From Candidatus Saccharimonadota bacterium (GTDB taxonomy: Bacteria > Bacteroidota > Bacteroidia > Flavobacteriales > Blattabacteriaceae): a DNA stretch of 32,000 nt. The stretch lies in NCBI RefSeq assembly GCF_964030875.1, contig NZ_OZ034981.1, positions 1 through 32,000 on the forward strand, given 5' to 3'. Shown here piece by piece: positions 1 through 9,200 of this stretch. The notes under the pieces were generated by a model. It worked only from the letters and a program-made list of their open reading frames with translations. It made no database searches and was not told the DNA's origin. Within the stretch, counting starts at the first letter, position 1, and the number at the start of each line of letters is the position of its first letter. A program made the translations under genes and the position numbers.

Positions 1-3000
1 TGTATTTGATTTTTGATACTGAAACCAATGGTTTACCGGAAAATTACGATATGTCTATCACTGATCCGGATCAGTGGCCCCGTATGGTTCAACTCGCTTG
101 GCAATTGTATGATGATACCTTTGAAAGAATTGAGGTAAAAAACTTTATTGTCAAATCTGAAGGATTTGATATTCCTTTTAATTCGGTTAAAATTCATGGT
201 ATTACTGCTGAAATCTCTCTAAGAGAAGGATATCCTGTAAAGGATGTTCTTATTTGTTTTAAAAAAGCTCTGGAGAAAAGTCAATTTATAATTGGTCATA
301 ATATTGCTTTTGATATCAACGTTGTAAGTTGCGAATTCTTTAGAAATAATTATCAGAATTTTTTTGGGCCAAAAACTGTTTTAGATACTAAAGATGAATC
401 TATAAATTATTGTGCTTTTAAAGGGAGAGGAAGAGGTAAAAAATTTAAATGGCCCACTCTTACTGAACTATATTATAAACTTTTTGGGACCAATTTTACG
501 CAAGCGCATAATGCTGCTGCAGATGTGGAGGCTACAGTCCATTGCTTTGTGGAATTATTACGTTTAGGTGTCATATCAGTTGATAAATTAGGGATCGATC
601 AATTTAGAGGAAAAAAATTCATAGAGAAGCATCTCCAAAAAGTGAAATCTATGAAGATAAGTCCAATAGGTATAAACGTCTGTAATAATACAGAATTACG
701 TCAACGTCAACGTCAAGTTCAGACTGTAGAAAAACCCGCAAATAATTTGCAAGCAAAATTTGCGCAGATACACAATCATACGACTTTTTCTATTTTATCA
801 GCTACTACAGACGTATCATCTCTTGTCAAACGTGCATTTCAGTGGGGAATGCCTGCGGTAGGTATTACTGATTACGGTAACCTTATGGGATCTTTTTCAT
901 TTTTGAAGGAAATAGAGAAAGCCAATGCTCAAATTGATAAATGTAATCAAAAATCTCAGCCCCTTAAGGGAATTATAGGTTGTGAAATTTTTCTGTCTGA
1001 AAATTATCTTAAAAAAAAATTTACTAAAGATCATCCTGATATACGTTACAAACAAGTTTTTTTAGCAAAGAATAAAAATGGTTATCATAACCTATCTAAA
1101 CTTTGTTCTGAAGGTTACATCAATGGACAATATGCAGGATATCCCCGAGTAGGTAAAGAACTGATTCTGCAATATAAGGAAGGTCTAATAACTTTGACAG
1201 GATATCTTGATTCTGAAATTCCATACACAATACTTAATAAGGGAGAAATCCAGGGAGAAGAAATTTTTAAATGGTGGCATAACACTTTTAAAGATGATTT
1301 TTATGTAGAACTTTTCCGTCACGGATTAGAGGAAGAAGATTATGTTAACGAAGTATTACTTAGATTTTCAGAAAAATATAATGTCAAATATATCCCCCAA
1401 AATAATAGCTTTTATTTAGATCGGGAAGATGCTAATGCTCATGACATTCTGCTTTGTGTACGAGATAGAGAAAAAAAGTCTACACCAATAGGCTCCGGTA
1501 GAGGATGTCGTTTTGGATTTAGTAACCAGGAGTTCTATTTTAAAAGTGCTACTAAGATTATTGAGAATTTTTCAGATTTACCTAAATCCTTTGATTATTT
1601 AGAGGAGTTAATAAATAAAATAAGTCATTATTCTCTAGAAAGAGAAGTTATATTACCTCATTTTGAAATTACTAAAGTTGCATCTGAGGGTCAACGTGGA
1701 GAAAATGCCTATCTGAGTTATTTAGCTTATCAAGGAGCAGAAAAACGTTATGGAAAACTCAGTAAAAGATTGCAAGAACGCTTGGAATTTGAATTGAATA
1801 CCATAGAGAGAACAGGATACCCTGGTTATTTTCTGATTGTTCAAGATATTGTGGCACAGGCTAAAAAAATGGGAATATCTGTAGGTCCTGGTAGAGGATC
1901 GGGAGCTGGATCTTTGGTAGCTTACTGTATAGGTATTACACAGATAGATCCTATTCTATACAATCTCCTTTTTGAGCGTTTTTTAAATCCTGATAGGATC
2001 TCTTTGCCAGATATCGATCTGGATTTTGATGACCGTGGTCGTGACCGAATAATAGCATGGATAGTAAAAAAATATGGGCGAAAACAAGTGGCTAAAATTA
2101 TTACCTATAGTAGGATGGCAGCTAAATCTGCTATACGAGATACCGCTCGCGTTCTTGATCTTCCATTAGCAGATGCTGATCGTTTAGCTAAAATGATGCC
2201 TAATCTTTCGTTGAAAGAACTTTTTTCGTCCACACAGATCCAAGAAAAAATTCATGGATATGACCTAGAAAACGCATTCAAAATTAAAAAAATTTACCAA
2301 GAACAGAATCTGGAAGGAAAAGTTTTACAACAAGCAAGTGTTATTGAAGGATCTCTGAGAAATATCGGAGTGCATGCTTGCGGAATTATCATCACCCCAT
2401 CCGACATTACTAATTATATACCAGTAGCTATTTCCAAGGATTCAGATTTGCTTATGACACAATTTGATAATAATTGGGTCGAAAATGCTGGTCTACTAAA
2501 AATAGACCTTTTAGGTCTAAAAACACTAACTATTATTAAAGATAGCATAAAATTAATCGAAACCCGTCATGGATTAATCCTCAATACGAATCAATTCCCT
2601 TTAGATGATCCCAAAACTTATAAACTTTTCCAACGAGGAGATACCGGAGCAGTATTCCAGTACGAGTCATATGGTATGCAATGTTATATGCGTAAACTCA
2701 ACCCTGACAATTTCGATGACCTCATTGCAATGAATGCACTTTATCGACCAGGTCCATTACAATATATCCCAAATTTTATTGCCCGTAAACATGGTAAGGA
2801 ATCTATAACATATAGTTTCCCTGAAATGGAAGAATTCCTTAGCAGCACTTATGGTATTACTATTTATCAAGAACAAGTAATGTTGTTGGCTCAAAAGCTT
2901 GCCGGATTTGGTAAGGGAGAGGCTGATGTATTACGTAAGGCTATGGGAAAAAAGCAAAAACCCGTACTTGATCAAATGAAAAGTCAGTTTATAGAAGGAG

Positions 3001-4313
3001 CTGTCCAGAAAGGATATACAAAAAAAATCTTAGAAAAAATTTGGACCGATTGGGAATCCTTTGCTTCCTATGCTTTTAATAAATCGCATTCTACTTGTTA
3101 TGCGAATCTTGCTTTTCAAACCGCTTATCTCAAAGCTCATTACCCGTCTGAATATATGGCAGCAGTATTGAGTAATAATATGCACAACCTCAAGGAAATT
3201 ATTTTCCTTATGGAAGAATGTCGTCGGCTAGGAGTATTAGTACTTTGTCCAGATATTAATGAAAGCTATTATACTTTTTCGGTAAATGAAAAAGGAGCTA
3301 TACGTTTTGGCATGGGAGCTATAAAAGGTATAAGGGAAGCTTCGATCGAAGCTATTCTACATGAACGTGAAAAAAAAGGTATTTATCGTTCCATTTTTGA
3401 TTTAGTAAAGAGAGTTGATTTACGTATAGTGAATAAAAAGACTTTAGAGTCTTTAGTACTTTCAGGAGCTTTTGATAGCTTTAGCAATATTCATCGTGCA
3501 CAATATTTTTACCACAAAAATGGGTTCACTGCTCTTGAAAAAATTCTCCGTTTTGGAGAAAAATATCATAATAGCAAACAAAAAAACCAGTGTTCTCTTT
3601 TTCAAGAGGAGCCTGTATTACCATATTGTACTCCCTGGCCAAATCTTATTAAACTCCTGAAGGAAAAAGAAGTCATTGGGATCTACATTAGTTCTCATCC
3701 ATTAGATGATTATCGTCATGAAATTCTAGCTATAGAAGGTATTTCTCTGAAAGAATTCAATAGAAATGAATCTAAATGGAGAGGTAAAGAAGTAAATCTC
3801 TATGGAATCATTCTTCGTTTAGAAAAAAAAATATCTGTAAAAAACAATAGTCGATATGGAGTATTTACTCTAGAAGATTATCAAGGAACGCGTGAGTTCA
3901 GAATATTTGGCGCATATTATACAAAGTATGCTTATTTACTTGTGCCAAATACTTTGATCCATCTTAAGATAATACTTAGGAACTTTAAAAAGTTCCGTGT
4001 CAGCTTCTTGCACATTCAACTGCTTGACAATGTATTGAATTCGATAGATAAATATCTTTATTTGAAGATCGATTTAGAAAGGTTAGATAATGAAATGATT
4101 AATAATATTGAACAGACGATTTCAAAGTATAAGGGTTCTAGAAAATTAAAGGTAATCCTTTTAGATCATCAAGGGAAAATATATATGGGTCTGTTATCTA
4201 GTAGTTATGGAGTTAGTATAGAACGTGGATTATTATCAGATTTAGAAAAAATTCCCAACATTTATTTCTTAATAAGATCCTCTCTAGATGAAAATAAAAG
4301 TAAGAACTACTAA
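1..4313 (+). CDS. dnaE: DNA polymerase III alpha subunit (DnaE1-type) with an N-terminal DnaQ-like DEDDh 3'-5' exonuclease domain; the 5' end probably lies upstream of the window
   Basis: ORF 6..4313, with the frame open back to nt 3. The Exo I motif FDTETNG sits only 4 codons into the ORF, so the true start is likely off-window. Exo II is GHNIAFD and Exo III is HNAAADVEAT (H-x4-D). The PHP domain follows (IHNHTTFS...GITDYGNLMG), then the polymerase core (GPGRGSGAGSLVAYCIGIT, PDIDLDF). A clamp-binding-like QCSLF lies at nt 3588-3602, followed by the OB-fold/C-terminal region. Confidence 0.95.
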   Translation, partial: YLIFDTETNGLPENYDMSITDPDQWPRMVQLAWQLYDDTFERIEVKNFIVKSEGFDIPFNSVKIHGITAEISLREGYPVKDVLICFKKALEKSQFIIGHNIAFDINVVSCEFFRNNYQNFFGPKTVLDTKDESINYCAFKGRGRGKKFKWPTLTELYYKLFGTNFTQAHNAAADVEATVHCFVELLRLGVISVDKLGIDQFRGKKFIEKHLQKVKSMKISPIGINVCNNTELRQRQRQVQTVEKPANNLQAKFAQIHNHTTFSILSATTDVSSLVKRAFQWGMPAVGITDYGNLMGSFSFLKEIEKANAQIDKCNQKSQPLKGIIGCEIFLSENYLKKKFTKDHPDIRYKQVFLAKNKNGYHNLSKLCSEGYINGQYAGYPRVGKELILQYKEGLITLTGYLDSEIPYTILNKGEIQGEEIFKWWHNTFKDDFYVELFRHGLEEEDYVNEVLLRFSEKYNVKYIPQNNSFYLDREDANAHDILLCVRDREKKSTPIGSGRGCRFGFSNQEFYFKSATKIIENFSDLPKSFDYLEELINKISHYSLEREVILPHFEITKVASEGQRGENAYLSYLAYQGAEKRYGKLSKRLQERLEFELNTIERTGYPGYFLIVQDIVAQAKKMGISVGPGRGSGAGSLVAYCIGITQIDPILYNLLFERFLNPDRISLPDIDLDFDDRGRDRIIAWIVKKYGRKQVAKIITYSRMAAKSAIRDTARVLDLPLADADRLAKMMPNLSLKELFSSTQIQEKIHGYDLENAFKIKKIYQEQNLEGKVLQQASVIEGSLRNIGVHACGIIITPSDITNYIPVAISKDSDLLMTQFDNNWVENAGLLKIDLLGLKTLTIIKDSIKLIETRHGLILNTNQFPLDDPKTYKLFQRGDTGAVFQYESYGMQCYMRKLNPDNFDDLIAMNALYRPGPLQYIPNFIARKHGKESITYSFPEMEEFLSSTYGITIYQEQVMLLAQKLAGFGKGEADVLRKAMGKKQKPVLDQMKSQFIEGAVQKGYTKKILEKIWTDWESFASYAFNKSHSTCYANLAFQTAYLKAHYPSEYMAAVLSNNMHNLKEIIFLMEECRRLGVLVLCPDINESYYTFSVNEKGAIRFGMGAIKGIREASIEAILHEREKKGIYRSIFDLVKRVDLRIVNKKTLESLVLSGAFDSFSNIHRAQYFYHKNGFTALEKILRFGEKYHNSKQKNQCSLFQEEPVLPYCTPWPNLIKLLKEKEVIGIYISSHPLDDYRHEILAIEGISLKEFNRNESKWRGKEVNLYGIILRLEKKISVKNNSRYGVFTLEDYQGTREFRIFGAYYTKYAYLLVPNTLIHLKIILRNFKKFRVSFLHIQLLDNVLNSIDKYLYLKIDLERLDNEMINNIEQTISKYKGSRKLKVILLDHQGKIYMGLLSSSYGVSIERGLLSDLEKIPNIYFLIRSSLDENKSKNY

Positions 4314-6021
4314 TGCTGATGACACGAAATATGTTGTAGTTATTTGTCAACAAATCGAGGAATCTGCAAAGATACGTCGAACCGGCATTGCTAAAAGGGA
4401 TCCAGAAGATGTAAAAAAAAAAATTACAGAAGGTCATGCTGTAATAGCTTTTTGTGACGGAATACTTGCTGGATTTAGTTATATAGAAACTTTTCAGGAC
4501 AGACAATTCGTTGCTAATTCTGGTCTTATTGTATTTCCAGAATTTCGTAATAAAGGAGTGGCCAAGCTAATTAAATCAGAAATCTTTCAACTATCTAGAA
4601 AAAAATTTCCTCAGTCTAATATATTCAGTATTACGACTAACATTTCGGTGTTAAAAATGAATATGGACTTGGGTTTCAAACCTGTACCTTTCACAGTACT
4701 ACCCCAATCGGAAGACTTTTGGAAGGGATGTCGAAGTTGTACAAACTATGATATTCTCACTAGACAGAACCGAAAAATGTGTCTATGTAGCGGTCTTTTA
4801 TATGAGACTAGTGAAAAAAAATCTAATAAAAAATTACTTTTTGGGGATAAAATTTTACTTGCTTACAGTGGTGGTCTAGATACCTCTTATTGTTTAAAAT
4901 ACCTAAAACAACAGGGTTATAAGGTGTATACAGCTATCGTAAATACTGGAGGTAGTAGTGAAAAAGAATTAATTGATATAGAAAAAAAGGCTTATGCTAT
5001 AGGAGCCAAATTTCATAGAAATATAGAAGCAAAAAATGATTATTATAAGCATTGTATAAAATATCTGATTTTCGGAAACATTCTACGTAATCAGACTTAT
5101 CCCTTATCAGTAAGTGCCGAAAGAATTTTTCAAGCTATTAAAATAGCGGAATATGCTAATGAAATCAATGCTAAAGCCATAGCTCACGGTAGTACCTGTG
5201 CTGGTAATGACCAGATACGTTTTGATTTAGCCTTTCAAATATTGTGTCCTAATAAAATTATTATAAGCCCGATACGGGATCTTAAACTCTCAAGAAAGGA
5301 GGAAATGGATTATTTACGTGAGCATGGAGTGGACATATTATGGGAAAAAGCGCAATATTCCATGAATAAGGGTCTTTGGGGAACTAGTGTGGGAGGGAAA
5401 GAAACGCTTACTTCTAACCAAAATTTACCAGAAGGAACCTATCCCAACTCTTTACAAGAGTTTAAGCCTAAAAAAATCCAACTAACTTTTGAGAAGGGGG
5501 AATTGATCGCTATCAATGGAGAAGTTACCGATCCAGTGGAAAATATAGTTCGTTTAGAGAGGATTGCTTCTCGTTTTGCTATAGGTCGTGATATTCATGT
5601 AGGTGATACACTTATTGGAATTAAAGGACGTGTAGGATTCGAAGCATCATCAGCATTGATAATTCTCAAGGCTCATCACCTTCTGGAAAAACATGTTCTT
5701 AGTAAATGGCAGATTTATTGGAAAGAACAATTGGGGAATTGGTATGGGATGCTTTTGCACGAAGCGCAATACTTCGATCCGGTTATGCGTGATATTGAAG
5801 CTTTTTTGATGAATTCTCAAGAAAGAGTTAGCGGAATTGTAAGTGTACAGTTGCATCCTTATCGTTTTGAACTTATAGGCATTGAGTCACCTTTTGATCT
5901 TATGCAGACTAAAAAAACAAAATATGGGGAAGAAAATGAGTCCTGTAGTTCTTCAGAAGCTAAAGGATTTATTAAAATATTTGGAACCCCGATGAAAATT
6001 TATCACAGTATTAATCCCTAA
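4288..6021 (+). CDS. argG: Single ORF fusing a GNAT-family N-acyltransferase domain (about aa 1-175) to argininosuccinate synthase (about aa 186-577)
   Basis: The N-terminal part has a GNAT acyl-CoA motif (QFVANSGLIVFPEFRNKGVAKLI). The C-terminal part has the ArgG ATP-pyrophosphatase motif LLAYSGGLDTS plus HGSTCAGNDQIRFD. No stop and no ATG/GTG/TTG lies between the two parts. The ATG at 4288 overlaps the dnaE 3' end by 26 nt. Confidence 0.9.
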   Translation: MKIKVRTTNADDTKYVVVICQQIEESAKIRRTGIAKRDPEDVKKKITEGHAVIAFCDGILAGFSYIETFQDRQFVANSGLIVFPEFRNKGVAKLIKSEIFQLSRKKFPQSNIFSITTNISVLKMNMDLGFKPVPFTVLPQSEDFWKGCRSCTNYDILTRQNRKMCLCSGLLYETSEKKSNKKLLFGDKILLAYSGGLDTSYCLKYLKQQGYKVYTAIVNTGGSSEKELIDIEKKAYAIGAKFHRNIEAKNDYYKHCIKYLIFGNILRNQTYPLSVSAERIFQAIKIAEYANEINAKAIAHGSTCAGNDQIRFDLAFQILCPNKIIISPIRDLKLSRKEEMDYLREHGVDILWEKAQYSMNKGLWGTSVGGKETLTSNQNLPEGTYPNSLQEFKPKKIQLTFEKGELIAINGEVTDPVENIVRLERIASRFAIGRDIHVGDTLIGIKGRVGFEASSALIILKAHHLLEKHVLSKWQIYWKEQLGNWYGMLLHEAQYFDPVMRDIEAFLMNSQERVSGIVSVQLHPYRFELIGIESPFDLMQTKKTKYGEENESCSSSEAKGFIKIFGTPMKIYHSINP

Positions 6022-6989
6022 TGATTAAAATCGGAATCTTAGGTAGCTCCGGATATACCGCTGGTGAACTATTACGGATTTTGTTACATCATCCTAAAGT
6101 CCAGATAAAAAGTGTAGTAAGCAGTACTCAATCTGGTATTGAGGTTTACAAAATTCATACGGATTTACTAAGTGATACTGAATTATGCTTTACTGATCAT
6201 TTGGAGGATGTCGAGGTAGTATTTTTATGTATTGGTCATGGGCATTCTAGAAATGCTGTAAAAAAAATCTCAAAAAATAGTTGCATTATTGATTTAAGTC
6301 ATGATTTTAGGCTTTCAAAAAATGCCAATTTTTCAGGCAGAAACTTTGTATATGGGTTACCAGAATTGCAACGTAAAGCCATTAAAAAAGCAAAAAACAT
6401 TGCTAATCCAGGTTGTTTTGCTACAGCTATAGAACTTCCTTTGTTACCACTAGCTAAAGAAAGATGGCTTGATAACGATATTCATATAAGTGCTATTACA
6501 GGTTCTAGCGGTTCAGGACGTCTATTGAGAGAAAGTAATCATTTCAGTTGGAGAGTAAATAATGTTTCCACTTATAAAGTGTTTACCCATCAGCATTTAA
6601 AAGAAATTAGAGAGGTATTGTTACGATTGTGTCCGAGCTTTAATAAAAAACTCTTTTTTGTCCCCTACAGAGGAAATTTTTCCCGGGGAATATTTGCTAC
6701 GTTATACACATATTGCAAGGCTCCTCTTCAGGAAGTTGAGTTCCTTTATCAAGAATTTTATAAAAAGCATCCTTTTACACATCTTTCTAAAGATCCATTA
6801 TGTCTAAAACAAGTGGTGAATACTAATAAATGTTTATTGCACTTAATGAAAGAGAAAGAACAGTTGATTATCAGTAGTGTTATAGATAATCTGGTTAAAG
6901 GAGCTGCAGGACAAGCGGTTCAGAATATGAATCTGATGTACAATTTGGAAGAAGTTCTGGGTTTACAGATAAAATCGATCGCATTTTGA
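6021..6989 (+). CDS. argC: N-acetyl(acyl)-gamma-glutamyl-phosphate reductase
   Basis: 322 aa. N-terminal Rossmann motif IGILGSSGYTAGELLR and active-site Cys context NPGCFATA. Its start overlaps the argG stop (TAATG). It ends with TGA. Confidence 0.93.
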   Translation: MIKIGILGSSGYTAGELLRILLHHPKVQIKSVVSSTQSGIEVYKIHTDLLSDTELCFTDHLEDVEVVFLCIGHGHSRNAVKKISKNSCIIDLSHDFRLSKNANFSGRNFVYGLPELQRKAIKKAKNIANPGCFATAIELPLLPLAKERWLDNDIHISAITGSSGSGRLLRESNHFSWRVNNVSTYKVFTHQHLKEIREVLLRLCPSFNKKLFFVPYRGNFSRGIFATLYTYCKAPLQEVEFLYQEFYKKHPFTHLSKDPLCLKQVVNTNKCLLHLMKEKEQLIISSVIDNLVKGAAGQAVQNMNLMYNLEEVLGLQIKSIAF

Positions 6990-8125
6990 TATTTGATGTG
7001 TATTCTACAATTCCAATAGAATTAGTAAAAGGTAAAGGAACTTTCCTTTACGATAAGGAAGGAAACAAATATCTAGATTTTTATGGAGGACATGCCGTAA
7101 TCTCTATTGGACATAGCCATCCACATTATGTGGAATCTTTAATAGAACAAATATCACACTTAGGATTTTATTCAAATTCTATTCAAATTCCCCAACAGCA
7201 GTTGCTTGCCGAAAAATTAGTAAAGTTGTCTGGTTATACAGATTATCGTCTTTTTCTTTGTAATTCAGGTGCTGAAGCAGTAGACAATGCTTTAAAAATT
7301 GCATCTTTTCATAACAGAAAAAACAAGATAATTTCATTCAAAAAAGCTTTTCATGGTCGTACTATAGGAGCGTTATCCGTTACAGATAATCCTAAAATAG
7401 TTACTTCTTTTAATGAAAAATTTTATAGCATAATTCTGGATCATAAGGATCAGGAAGGTTTAGAATGTGCTATCAAAAAGGGAGATATTTGTGCAGTAAT
7501 TACCGAAGGTATTCAGGGAGTAGCTGGCATTATAGATCCTGGGGGAGATTTTTTTCTGTTTCTTCAGGAATATTGTCGGAAGTACAATGTTCCTCTTATT
7601 CTAGATGAAATTCAAAGTGGCTATGGTCGCAGTGGCGATTTTTTCGCACATAAATCTGCTGGAATTTCTCCTGATTTAATCGCAGTGGCTAAGGGTATGG
7701 GTAATGGATTTCCTATCGGAGGTGTGCTTATTGCTCCTTATTTCAAAGCTTTTCATGGTATGCTTGGAACTACTTTTGGTGGGAATTATTTGTCTTGTAC
7801 AGCAGCATTGTCTGTTTTAGAAGTTATTAAAAATGAATGTCTGATTGAAAATGTTAGACACATAGGTAATATGCTTATAAAAACATTGCGAGAAATTCCT
7901 CAAATAAAGAGGATTAGTGGTCGGGGCTTGATGTTGGGTTTACATTTTGATTTTCCTGTCTACAACTTAAGAGAGACCTTATTAAAGAGAGAAAAAGTGT
8001 TTGTGGGTACAGCTATACAACCTAATATTTTACGTGTTTTGCCTCCTCTCAGTATATCTAATTATCAGGCTATGTGTTTTGTCCGAAAGTTGAAGAGTGC
8101 TTTAGCTTATCTTGAAAATGAATGA
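6986..8125 (+). CDS. argD: Acetyl/succinyl-ornithine aminotransferase (class III PLP aminotransferase)
   Basis: 379 aa with motifs YLDFYGGHAVISIGHSHP, LILDEIQSGYGRSG and the PLP-lysine context IAVAKGMGNGFPIGG. The track start is a TTG that overlaps the argC TGA by 4 nt, so the exact start is uncertain. Confidence 0.9.
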   Translation: MIFDVYSTIPIELVKGKGTFLYDKEGNKYLDFYGGHAVISIGHSHPHYVESLIEQISHLGFYSNSIQIPQQQLLAEKLVKLSGYTDYRLFLCNSGAEAVDNALKIASFHNRKNKIISFKKAFHGRTIGALSVTDNPKIVTSFNEKFYSIILDHKDQEGLECAIKKGDICAVITEGIQGVAGIIDPGGDFFLFLQEYCRKYNVPLILDEIQSGYGRSGDFFAHKSAGISPDLIAVAKGMGNGFPIGGVLIAPYFKAFHGMLGTTFGGNYLSCTAALSVLEVIKNECLIENVRHIGNMLIKTLREIPQIKRISGRGLMLGLHFDFPVYNLRETLLKREKVFVGTAIQPNILRVLPPLSISNYQAMCFVRKLKSALAYLENE

Positions 8126-9200
8126 TCCTATCGCTCGTTTAATCCTTCAAAAGGATGATATAGAATATATTGGACATCTTTTTGGAGCACCTGTTTCTTC
8201 TTCTGGAGAAGTTGTTTTTAATACTTCCATGACCGGTTATACAGAAAGCCTTACTGATCCTTCTTATAAAGGACAGTTATTGGTCTATACCTCTCCGATT
8301 ATAGGTAACTACGGAATACCCAATATCATGGAAAAGAGATCAGATTTTTCGGAATCCGAAAACATACATATTAACGGGTTAATCATTTCTGATTATTCTC
8401 ATCATCCTTACCATTGGAACATGAGATATAGTCTTTCGTATTGGTTGAAACAGAATGGTGTTCCAGGAATCTATGGAATAGATACTCGTGCATTGACCCA
8501 AAAAATTCGGGAAGAAGGGACGATGTTAGGAAAAATTATCATAAATCATGATATACCATTTTATGATCCTAATCAGGAAAATCTAGCATCTAAGGTGTGT
8601 ATTAATGAAAAAACTATATATGGACAGGGAAAATACAAGGTGTTGCTGGTTGATTTAGGAGTAAAGAACAATATATTGCGCTGTTTGCTTAACAGAAATT
8701 GCCAGATAATACGTGTGCCATGGGATTATGATTTTTCCAAAGAAGACTATGATGGGATTTTGCTTTCTAATGGACCAGGTAATCCTAAGACTTATCAGAA
8801 GGTTATAAAACACGTGGAGGATGCCCTTAAAGATAATCGTCCTATCTGTGGAATTTGTCTTGGAAATCAATTAATTGGTCTCGCTGCAGGAGTGAATACC
8901 TTTAAACTAAAATATGGGCATCGTGGCTATAACCAACCAGTTTTGCTAGAAGGTACCTATAAGGCATACATAACTTCACAAAATCATGGATACGTCCTTG
9001 ACGTCAAAATTTTGCCTAAAAACTGGAAAATTTTATTTAAAAATCTCAACGATGGATCTTGTGAGGGATTAATACATGAAAATAAACCTTTCTTTTCAGT
9101 GCAATTTCATCCAGAAGCCTCAGGAGGACCTATAGATACCGAATTTTTATTCGATTGGTTTATAGAATGTATGCATACATACAAGAAATTATATAGATGA
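8118..9200 (+). CDS. carA: Carbamoyl-phosphate synthase small (glutamine amidotransferase) subunit
   Basis: Motifs TGYTESLTDPSYKGQ, catalytic Cys ICGICLGNQL and QFHPEASGGP. I prefer the ATG at 8118 over the track's TTG at 8112. It overlaps the argD stop. Confidence 0.93.
   Translation: MNDPIARLILQKDDIEYIGHLFGAPVSSSGEVVFNTSMTGYTESLTDPSYKGQLLVYTSPIIGNYGIPNIMEKRSDFSESENIHINGLIISDYSHHPYHWNMRYSLSYWLKQNGVPGIYGIDTRALTQKIREEGTMLGKIIINHDIPFYDPNQENLASKVCINEKTIYGQGKYKVLLVDLGVKNNILRCLLNRNCQIIRVPWDYDFSKEDYDGILLSNGPGNPKTYQKVIKHVEDALKDNRPICGICLGNQLIGLAAGVNTFKLKYGHRGYNQPVLLEGTYKAYITSQNHGYVLDVKILPKNWKILFKNLNDGSCEGLIHENKPFFSVQFHPEASGGPIDTEFLFDWFIECMHTYKKLYR

Noticed and set aside
698-715. cgtcaa x3 hexanucleotide repeat encoding (RQ)3 in dnaE
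   Set aside because: It is in frame and sits inside the low-complexity linker between the exonuclease and PHP domains. It is probably simple slippage with no separate function, and it is mentioned under the dnaE fusion finding.
3472-4506. Short ORFs 3472..3660 (+, alternative frame in dnaE) and 4213..4506 (-)
   Set aside because: They are nested in or antisense to dnaE and GNAT-argG. The translations are hydrophobic and low-complexity and look like AT-rich frame noise.
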